Shown here piece by piece: positions 1-9,619 of a stretch of DNA of 64,000 nucleotides (within the stretch, counting starts at the first letter, position 1; the number at the start of each line of letters is the position of its first letter). The DNA comes from Trichoplax adhaerens (taxonomy: Eukaryota; Animalia; Placozoa), in NCBI RefSeq assembly GCF_000150275.1, contig NW_002060954.1, positions 1,240,001 to 1,304,000 on the forward strand, written 5' to 3'. A program made the position numbers and the translations under genes. Under the pieces are notes generated by a model that was given only the letters and a program-made list of their open reading frames with translations, did not search any database and was not told the DNA's origin.

Positions 1-12
1 AGTTAATTTAAG

Positions 13-420
13 GTATCTGCGCCTTGTTGCTGTCGATGTCATTCTATAAATGTAACAGTGGTGCCATATGAGTAAATATAGAAATAAACTGCTATGATAT
101 AAGATTGTATGTATGCTCTAAAAATGAATTATCTCGTCACATTGCACTGGTTAGATCAGCACTTAGAAATTTATATGGTAGACATTAGCCAATTTTTAGG
201 TCTAGTCTAATGATCCTATACATATCCAACTCTCTCTGAATTCTTAGTAAATAAAAATAAAAATAATCGCTGCCAGCATCTGCAATTTTTTTTACATTTT
301 TGGGGGTTTAACTTTCAATTATAAAAGTTTTAAACATTAAATATAGTATTTTATTGTAGGCGTTTGTTTCAGTCAAAGAGTGTGAAAGCGAAAGGTTTGG
401 TTAATGCTGTCGTTCTGTAA
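13..420 (+). CDS. Possible last two exons of an unidentified gene entering from the left (VSAPCCCRCHSINVTVVPYE/RLFQSKSVKAKGLVNAVVL*)
   Basis: Exons 13-71 (aag| ... GA|gtaaat) and 360-420 (ttattgtag|G ... TAA) join in frame at phase 2 (GA+G=Glu). ATTAAA follows at ~442. No family recognised. Confidence 0.4.
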
Positions 421-784
421 GTCAGATTCTCTCCCGCTCTCATTAAAGTTTATTTTGAACTGTGATGTATTAAACATATCTCATAATTTAATTTAAATCA
501 AATTCTAAACGTGCCTTGTAATTTCAAGATGATGTGACGTTGAAATTAGATGTCAGTAATACGCCTCAGCCACTATATACAGTACATACGCGTACGTTGT
601 ATATTATATCGCGTGTGATTTGCGACATTAGGATAATCATGCTGGAAAAGGGTAGATGTATCAAGGTAGCCGTTAAACACAAAAATCCACTTCATTCATA
701 ATAGTATTATCGGTATGTTCAATCATTTAATACTCATAAGTAAGAAAGCCTTCCACACTGTATAGAGAACTGGCTCACACCGTT

Positions 785-1141
785 ACTTTGGCCAATGAAA
801 CTATACAGTACGACGTACTGTGCACTGTACTGTACAGTACAGTACTGTAGACAAAGTGAGTTCGTAAGAACTGTACAGTATTAAGTCGGCCTACAAAGTA
901 AGTCGGGACCGGATCGAATCTGTCAATTTGGTCGAAATCCAATTTATCTGCTGTGCAGTGTACTGTATTATGTACAGTACTGTACTGTACATAGTACAGA
1001 CAGTACAGTTCAGTACAGTACACTGAGTACAGTACAGTACAGGTGTACAGTACTTAGCGCAGCACAATGTACTGTACTGTACTGTACTTTATTTTTTAAA
1101 GATTATGCTCTGTGCTAGACTGTGTGCAGTACTGTACTGTA
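785..1141. repeat. Degenerate (ACAGT)n/(ACTGT)n pentamer array upstream of SRD5A
   Basis: Dense cagta/tactg units in both orientations, ending ~70 bp before the ATG at 1209. Confidence 0.9.
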
Positions 1142-1208
1142 CATTGGACACTGGATAGTTGATACGAATCATACGATGCCGTCAGTGAGTTGAAAAGAAT
1201 CTGCCATC

Positions 1209-2885
1209 ATGGCTGCCATAATGAATAAGATAACAAATTTTATTCACAGTTACTATATTTTATCACCTGATCAAGAATTAGACTTGCTACGAAATTTAGC
1301 TATTGGTATGTTCGGCCTTGGTGCTTGCACCTTACCTAGCCTAATGTTTCTGACAGCACCGTATGGAAGATATACTCGTGATGGCTTTGGATACACCATT
1401 AATGGCAAGCTAATGTGGTTTATACAGGAAATGCCTTCTCTTTTGATACCGATTATCATGCTATTTGAGGACGATGCCGACCAAATACATAACTTACCAA
1501 ATCGCATCCTGCTAGGACAATTTTTACTTCATTATACTCAAAGGTTTGTAGTTTGTATCTGTAAAGGACGTACAAATATTACTATATGTATTTCACAGCA
1601 TTTCTAAATGATTTACAATTACGCATTTTTATCTCTATACTGTACTTACGTACTGTATAACAGAACATTAATTTTCCCTTTCCTGTTACGTGGAGGCAAG
1701 CCGACTCCGGCAATGGTTGGGCTTATGGCTACCTGCTTTTGCATTTATAATGGTTATTTGCAAGGAAGATACTTAACAGCGTTTGCAGTATACGATAGAT
1801 CATGGCTAGCTGACCCAAGATTTATCATTGGTAGTTGTCTCTTTATTGCCGGTTTCTGTATTAATATTCACTCCGATCATATTTTGAGAAATTTAAGGAA
1901 ACCGGGAGAAACGGGATATAAGATACCTAGAGGCAAGAAATGCTCAACCTAATACTTGCATATTAACCGTAGCTCTTTCTATTATTGCATTTTTGAATGA
2001 ATCTATAGGGCATTGTCAACTATTCGTCTAAGCTTCTTCTCCCGATCTCAGTACAGTACTGAATATGAAAGATTTATATATTCTTACAATAATATGTGTT
2101 ATAAAAATAATATTTCGACTAAGAGAGACCTCATGCCCAATTCGTATCTAGTGATTGCTATGCAGTATTTTTGTATGTATATGTTATACACTGAGATCAA
2201 TATCTTTCTTATACCTACGTTATCTTTTGTGGGACTTAGGTGGCATGTTTGAATATGTATCAGGCGCCAATTTTTTTGGTGAAATGCTGGAATGGTTTGG
2301 TTTTTCCGTTGCCTGTTGGTCTTTACCAGCAGCTGCATTTGCGTTTTTCGCTGCCTCCAACATTGGACCTCGAGCTTACCATCATCACAGGTAACGCAAT
2401 ATATTAATCGTTGCTGTTGTTGGTAGCGATTATGCGATACCTCTACAATGCCATTTGTAATAGTATCATGTAAAGAGCTTACGTTTTAGTGGCTATTTTT
2501 AGATCGTAATACCAATATAGATTATTATTTCCTTAATTTATAATATAATTTATTTAGCTTACCATCGTTACTAGTGGCGATTATACGATATCTCTATACT
2601 GTACTGCCTAGAGGCCCTTAAGGGTCTCTAGTTAAGGGTCTCTAGTACTGCCATTTATATTTATACAATGTAAAGAATTTATACCTTAGTCGCTATTTTT
2701 TACACCATTACAGATCATATTGTCTCCTTAATGTATTTTAGCATATTAGCAGACTTAAAGATTTTGAAACAAGTATCATTCCGTATTTATATTGAAGGAT
2801 CTTTTTTTCATGATTCAGGTATTATCAAAAGAAATTTGACGATTACCCAAAAGAACGTAAAGCGATCATTCCCTTCATCTTTTAA
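1209..2885 (+). CDS. SRD5A1: 3-oxo-5-alpha-steroid 4-dehydrogenase (steroid 5-alpha-reductase, SRD5A1/2 family), 4 exons, ~273 aa
   Basis: Exons 1209-1543, 1664-1932, 2240-2390, 2819-2885 join in frame. Family motifs: APYGRY, WFIQEMPS, HYTQRTLIFP, NGYLQ, INIHSDHILRNLRKPGETGYKIPRGGMFEYVSGANFFGE, GPRAYHHHRYY..KFDDYPKERKAIIPFIF. Cannot separate SRD5A1 from SRD5A2 (probably co-orthologous to both). Confidence 0.93.
2407..2738. repeat. Diverged tandem duplication (~135 bp unit) in SRD5A intron 3
   Basis: Copy 1 ~2407-2540 (atcgttg..gcgattatgcgatacctcta..tgccattt..atgtaaagagctt..ttagtggctattttt..ccttaat). Copy 2 ~2564-2738 (atcgtta..gcgattatacgatatctcta..tgccattt..atgtaaagaattt..ttagtcgctattttt..ccttaat). 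Confidence 0.8.
2609..2644. mobile_element. 36-bp hairpin insertion with 8-bp TSD (minimal hAT-like element), copy 1
   Basis: TAGAGGCCCTTAAGGGTCTCTAGTTAAGGGTCTCTA flanked by the direct repeat GTACTGCC (2601-2608, 2645-2652). Absent from the paralogous duplicated segment upstream. Confidence 0.75.
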
Positions 2886-3535
2886 TGCAGCATGGACTCT
2901 AGTTAAACATCCTGAAAGTAGATGTCGCTGTGGTACTGCGGTTGCGGTTATGCCAGAATTTTACGTACAGTATACAACATCTGCGAATTAAAGTTTAAGG
3001 ATCTAATCATCTGGAAAGTTCGAATTTAACAAATTTAAGATATTATCCTTTAACTTAATTGGTTCCGTTGAGTGCTCTAAATTCCATATCACATATGTTA
3101 AAATACCATAACTGCACTGTTTGCTACAATATTCTTAGTATAAGACGCTATCGTATAATGAAATATTATTGATACTATATTTATCAAACTACTGTCACAA
3201 AATATTAATACCTTAGCTATTCAATATCTGTAATGTAATCTTAATTTTTCGCTTAAATTTATGTAAATGTTTGCAATATCACTTGTACAATAAATCACAA
3301 CAAAGACGAAATGAAATACACCATACATTTTATTAATTTAGTAGTAACCTTTAGGTAATATGAAATGATAAGTTTACGAAAAGTGAATAAACTCTATCAT
3401 TAGTTAAAAAATAATTTAAAAATTAAAATTTTATCATACTACTTCTTACAACTCTTACTTTACCTCCACTTAGATGAAAAGTGTTCGTTCTAATATATTA
3501 AGGTATAGTTCACATAATCAAATTTGAAGGTAGAA

Positions 3536-5719
3536 TTATAAACGATTCAATTTAGAAACAATTAAAACACGTATAGTCTGATCAAAAGATGTACATATTG
3601 ATAAGCCCTCTTTATCAGAGCTCCAATCAAGAGAATTTATTGGTTGTGTTGAAATAGTGACATTTTGTTGAAGATTAACGGAGCCAATGTTTCCCATTTC
3701 TATGCCATTATTATCTTTAACGCAGCGTTGAGATGGATATGAACTAAAACCGAAGTTCAAGGGACATCGTTAGAAATCATTTGCGATGTTAAAATGGATT
3801 ACTATTTATAGATTATTAAAGTTAGTTGCGCTCATTTTTCCAGAGCTACTAGTAATATTGTATACTGTTCCGTGACTGTTACACTATAGTTATAAATAAC
3901 GCGGATTATACAATTACTGTAGGGTTGTCATACGTAAGTACATACTATTTCCATAGGAATAGCGATCCACTTCCACCACCAGTTATAAAGATATCCCTAT
4001 TTTGAGGTAAGTGTTTACCAAACCAAACAGTAGATTTATGCGCCTAATAATATACGCATAGATATATTAGTTAGTAATAAAACATCCGTAGGAAGCATTA
4101 CTTATTTAGTGAGGGTAATGAATTGCAGGACGTGCAGTAAATATAGAGTAAAATTTGTTATAAGGAATAACTGTATGTCGTATACAAAAATCCCATTTTC
4201 CACGCTTTAAACGTGCTGTAAGTAATAGCTACAGATATCATACTTTTTCTGATAATCCAGCAAATCCTTTTTCTGGATGTTGAGTTCGTAAATCAAATAC
4301 ATGAAATTTAGATTCCAAAGTACAGGCAAGGAGCTTATTCATCATGATGTCTTTTCGATCAAACTCTATGTTACATATCTAGACAAGCATATTATATTCG
4401 CTAACATCAAGTCTTTGAATCGGTTAAGGAATAATAAAAAGGGCTTCAATTACATATAGTAGATATATTCAGTACGAATAGGTGCCATGTACTACCCAAA
4501 CTTACCCCATTTTTTAGATTGTCTTCCCATCGAACAGACATGGTTCTTAAATCAAATAGTTTAATATCTCCATTATCGTAACCAGCACAGACACACCTTT
4601 CTGATTCAGTGTATGCATTTCCGAAAGCTACTGTCCAACAATCTCTGTGATCTTCACCTTCAGCTGGACTCATTGCCGCTACTGGCTTATCATGTTGACG
4701 AGTATCCCATACTTTAACACTCCCTAATATAAAAAAGCAAGAAGACGATTAAGAAGTTTACCTAAAGATAATTCTAATCTGAACAATTTTTATTCATACC
4801 ATCGCGGCTGCCTGTCACAATTTCTGGAGCACCTTCCCCAATTCCCAGTCCTGCACAGCCGTCGATACTGTTAATAATCTCCTTGTGCCCTTTCACGGAA
4901 TATACTGGTGTATGCCAATTTTCTAGATCCCTAAGCAAGTCATTAGTGGAACTTAAATAACTTTGTACAATTTCGGAAAGTGTTCGCAAGTGGCTCAATT
5001 TCAAATTTTATGCCGTTACAATATTTTCTTGAGAAATCTAAGCACCTAAATGACATACCATGTCTTTAGGTTTCCATTGAAGTCGCCTGTTGCTAGATGA
5101 CGACTGCGCAAATTGGAAGCAGCAAACGTACCGCATTTGATTGAGGCATCTTTATTCGTCTAGCGGTTAAAATTGTTAGTGGAACAACATTATTACGCTT
5201 GGGAATTTCACTGGCTTATTAGTGTTAAACAAGCATTAGTAATCTGTAAAAATATTGATACACAAGCGTACACTAGACCGTGTTTTATTGTTGCTACTAT
5301 ATATTTTAATGTTTACCTTACTCGCATTTATATTTACTCGAAAGGCTATCACTACCATAAAGTTAATTCGTAGTAACGTACAATAAAGCGGTAGCGTCGC
5401 TGGGCATTCGTAAATACCGACACCGGATATAATTACAGTATCAGTAAGCTTTAAGTTTGCGATGATCAAGTATGTAGATAAACAATAAATCTACGTATAT
5501 AGGCGCATATAATATATATTTTAGCATCAATGACTATTCGATTACCTCTTTCAAGAGAACTAGATCACCTTTACTAATTTCGTAGATTTGCAAGGTACCA
5601 TTTCCATTAGGTCTCGAGCCCATCACCACGAAACGAGCACTGGAAGGTATCCATTTTGCATCAAATAAAGTGTAATCCAGCCCCTTCTGCATATGGACAA
5701 TAATCTGTGGTTTATCCAT
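3536..5719 (-). CDS. WDR92: WD repeat protein 92 / dynein axonemal assembly factor 10, 7 exons, ~354 aa
   Basis: Exons 5719-5546, 5159-5059, 4930-4800, 4723-4506, 4378-4244, 4043-3946, 3743-3536, all GT-AG and frame-consistent. Motifs: [95 protein letters not shown]. Confidence 0.95.
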
Positions 5720-5842
5720 GGCTTACTAGTAGCACAGTCGGAGGTGACTCCGTAGTCCAGGAATTAAATAAACTGCTTTACTTGCTGTAGGCCTAACTTG
5801 TAGTCTTGTACCGTGTCTAGATTTTTAACGTTTTAATCGCAG

Positions 5843-6171
5843 TACAGTATGATTTTCAAACCAGTTGTAAATTATAACTTGCACGCTTCATAAATGTACA
5901 GTATACAGTAACTGAACAGTACAGTACAGTAATGACGAACCCTCAACTCAAGCTCTTTTTACCTCCATGGTAACGTTACAGCTAGAGGCCCTAGACTAGA
6001 GTCTCTAGTTACAGCCATACAAATGAAGTTCTGTACAGTACAGTACAGTACAGTACAGTACTTTTTTGGGTGTGTACAGTACACTGTCCTGTACTGTACT
6101 GTATTCACTGTACTGTACAGTACAGCAAATAGTACTGTACTATAATATTGTACTGTACTGTACTGTACTGT
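5843..6171. repeat. (ACAGT)n/(ACTGT)n array within the WDR92 / mL59 divergent intergenic region
   Basis: Perfect runs such as tacagtacagtacagtacagtacagta (6034-6060) and tactgtactgtactgtactg (6151-6170). Confidence 0.9.
5983..6007. mobile_element. 25-bp hairpin insertion with 8-bp TSD (minimal hAT-like element), copy 2
   Basis: TAGAGGCCCTAGACTAGAGTCTCTA flanked by the direct repeat GTTACAGC (5975-5982, 6008-6015). Same termini as 2609-2644. Confidence 0.75.
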
Positions 6172-6409
6172 AGATCAGCGCAGCACGCTACAGGCTGCAG
6201 TCTGCAGATCAGTATGAAAGCATGTAGCTGCACTTGCAACTAATTTATAACATATTATTTTATTTTATTTTGTTCGAAGATAGATAGTACACAATATCAT
6301 AAATTTTATAGTATACCACTACTGTACTTCATTGCACTACTTACAGTAGCTTACTAGTTCATTAATTAATCATATTAAACTAATTGAAGGCATTGCAGGC
6401 AAGAGAACA

Positions 6410-7230
6410 ATGTACGGTATATTTGCAAGTTTTCGGCGAGGATCGCAGTTGGAGAATATTACTCTTCATGCAAGAGATCTTTCATCCAAAATATCTCCAT
6501 CTATTGCTAGAATTCTGAAAGATGCCAAAAGAACTAATAATGGCAGAAAGCATCCAAAGATTAGCACTCTTCAGTTAGCTAGAACAAAGAGAAAATTTAT
6601 ACAACAAGGTAAGGAATGGCCTCAAGAACCCTTGCCTCCACTTAATTTAAAGCCTTATCGCAAAGGTCACAAATGGGAGGAAGCTAAAGCTGCAAGGTAA
6701 GAGTGTGTACTGTATTTCGAGGTTGTTACCGTTTCTTATTCTCCAAATTCTGTGCAGTACGATTGGTATATCGCTATAAGTACTGCAGAACAAACTTCTA
6801 CTAAAATTAAACTCTCAAGAGCAGCGAATTCTTAGTCACAATATAATTTACATGCGGATATTGTACAGTAATTAATTAAACTACTAATACTGTAGGTGAG
6901 TAAGCTCGGAGAAATTCTACCTTCAGTACCTTTTAGATAAGGAAGTTCTTTGCGAACTGTCACTGCGACTTTGCAACACTAATCGACACCTTTGTTATGT
7001 CTTCTATCAGAAAAGTGACTATAGCTGAAAACATGGCTAAAATGCCACAAATGATTGCAGAATACCGCGAACAGGTCAGGGAGAGGAGAGAAAAATATAG
7101 AAACAGAAAAGATGCTGCTAAGAAAGATCCGAATCAACCCGAATATGTTCAATATTTGCTAGCAAAGGGTGTCAGATTAGCAGATATCGCTGTTAAACTT
7201 GGTACCCAAAATAAAAAAGCTAAGATTTAA
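6410..7230 (+). CDS. Mitochondrial large-subunit ribosomal protein mL59/mL64 family (MRPL25 / CRIF1-related), 2 exons, ~168 aa
   Basis: Exons 6410-6696 (AG|gtaaga) and 7011-7230 (ctatcag|A). Basic N-terminus like a mitochondrial presequence. Motifs HPKISTLQLARTKRKFIQQGKEWP, KGHKWEEAKAARKVTIAENMAKMPQMIAEYR. Confidence 0.8.
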
Positions 7231-8477
7231 TGTTGAAATTAGGCGTTACAGTAAAATAAGTTTTATTGGTTACAACTGAAACATCTCTACTGGTCTTACA
7301 AACAGAATTTTTACAACGTTATAACAACAATTATAGGATCAAAGATTGTCAATCTAATATTACTTTACAATGTAGAAGACCTAATGTCTCTGACTTTGAC
7401 AGTGTTATAGATGTTCTAGGTAACACCCGTTTTTACTTACTGATCTGCACTGCTTAATACGCAGAAGCTACTGTGTTATCTATCCGCGGCTACAACTGAT
7501 TTACCATTCGTTCGTACTGCTGGTCTGCATGTAATACTACAAGTACTCGTAATTACTGATAATAATATTACAAATTTTGATATTAATACGAGATATCATG
7601 ATTTTAGGTTAGTATTTTATAACTTGAACTCAGATTGCGCCCTGTATCTACTTCTAAACACAGTACAGTACGTCACAGTAATACTGTCGTATACCTTATC
7701 TATCTCAGCAGTGTGCTGCTGACATGATGTTTTGATACATAACTGTGATCTACTGTCAGCTTGAACAAGGAAGTTAGCAAAATTAATCTGATTTATTTTA
7801 GGATTACCTCTTCGCATTATATAGTATATATATATTCGCGTGCTCAATCCTTCACGGTATTACGTCGAAACTGTAAGCTAATAACGTGATATGACTGCAT
7901 CGTGGAGATTGCACTGAAAATGGTTAATAAATTATATTCACAATCAAGACTAATGTTACCTGGTAAGCGACAACATTCATGAATTCCTCCTCATTTAAGT
8001 AGTAAATAGGCGTATTCATTGATTCAATACGCAAACTTTACTCCACATACAGTATATCAAATCATTATGTTACATTGGGATTGCATCCCACATAGTAGGA
8101 ATACAATTTACGAATAAGTTTTATTGAAACAAATAGATTAAGCAACTAATACTGATCTATGGTTGCATGATTCGCTGTTAGTTTACTATTAACTGAATTT
8201 TAAAATTTGACTCCAATATTGGCACTTTTAGTGCTTCGATACGGTATATGAGTAACATGACTAATATGAGATGATTTATTGAGTTTCTTTTAGGGAGGGT
8301 AAATAAGTTCAGTACAGTACTCAGATGACTCACCTAGGCTTCTATAATTTGACAAGCATTCGATGCAGATTAGGCAAAATGAATGATTGATTTCATAGTA
8401 AAATTATATAAATACGTAAAGGTATAGACTGTAATGCTGTATGCTCAGTTAGGGAAATTGTGAGTCAGTGATATAAA

Positions 8478-9275
8478 CATACAGTACAGTACTGTATACT
8501 GTTATACAATTGCCGTCAAGTAAATGCACAGTACTGTACAGTACAGTACAAGCACACCTACTGTAGACTGGATAACAGTAACAACATGCTTAACATCAAC
8601 ATTAACCCTGTACAGTATATCACTTTTAGAAACAAAAGTGAGGGTACGGTAGACCGGATAGTACGGTAATACTGTACTGTACAGTAGACCAGCGGTTCTT
8701 AAGCCTTACCGATGCGTCACCCACCACAGCAATAGTCATAAAAGCGTAATGTAGTAACTACATTATATACTATCACTAGTGTAATACCTGTACGATATCA
8801 GATATACTCGTATAATTCGCAGGTTGATATGGCATATAGCTTATGACTCAGTCTAACTTCGCTATCAAGTTATCCGTTTGATATGCTGTACACAGAGTGT
8901 ACAGTGCAGTACTGTACTGTACATGTACACTGTACAGTACTACGTCTCAAAGCATTTTAGGTCCACAATTTAATGTTTGCATCAGAGTCTGTATGCCTTC
9001 CATTCTCCATTCTGGTACGCATGTCCCCTCTGCAAGAAGACTGGTAGTTGCGTAATACGCACTGATAGTACATGCCGACATGGTACAGTACGCTGTACAG
9101 TACAATACACTGTAAAGATACTGTACAGTACTGTAGTGTCCAGTGTGTACTGTAGTACTGTACTGTACTGTACTGTACTACAGTACTCGAACAAGTTGAG
9201 CTCTGCAGACTCCTAACTTCTGCAGTAAAAACTGTAATAAAACACGGTAGTTATAGTGTACAGTATACTGTACAG
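8478..9275. repeat. (ACAGT)n/(ACTGT)n arrays upstream of CDIN1
   Basis: Dense blocks at ~8478-8560, ~8885-8940 and ~9083-9185, in both orientations. Confidence 0.85.
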
Positions 9276-9619
9276 TATTGATTTGATTCACAGTAATTTG
9301 GCGATCTTGAAGTTGCACGAAAATAATAATAGTATCGGATAATAGCTTAGTCCGATCTAATGAAATGGATTAAAATGTTAAATAATTAATACACTAGCAT
9401 TGACAGCCTGTAAATACTCAATCTACATTAGAATTCAACTAAGAGCAGTTTTATTTACATTTTATCGTGGATTCATTAACTGTAGAGTGTACAGTATATG
9501 TAAGTGCATATTACACCATTGTTATTATTATTAATTACCGTACATTAGGATATGCAGTTAAGTGAATTTCATTGCCAATAGTATTTCATTATCGGGCTGC
9601 TTTCACTTATTTGTAAAAC

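Larger units (their letters stand above)
5720..6409. promoter_or_regulatory. Probable bidirectional promoter (WDR92 <- -> mL59)
   Basis: Head-to-head start codons 690 bp apart. A possible 5'UTR intron of the + gene lies at 6212-6398 (gtatga...ttgcag). Confidence 0.6.

Noticed and set aside
775-1023. ORF-track 82 aa ORF (also 8977-9216 and 8982-9194)
   Set aside because: Largely translations of ACAGT/ACTGT repeats (Y-S-T-V-Q / Y-C-T-V-L periodicity); no protein family signal.
7960-8040. Minus-strand peptide YYLNEEEFMNVVAYQ resembling the T-box FPETxFxAVTAYQ motif
   Set aside because: No following NxxITxLKIxxNPFAK exon and no upstream T-box exons; treated as chance.
8700-8790. Minus-strand YDYCCGG-TGA (selenoprotein-like tail) and MTIAVVGDAS (P-loop-like start)
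   Set aside because: No start codon or SECIS for the first; the second hits a stop right after splicing and lacks GK[ST].
9019-9041. GCATGTCCCCTCTGCAAGAAGAC resembling the U6 snRNA internal stem-loop
   Set aside because: No ACAGAGA box, 5' stem or oligo-T end; U6 is far more conserved than this.
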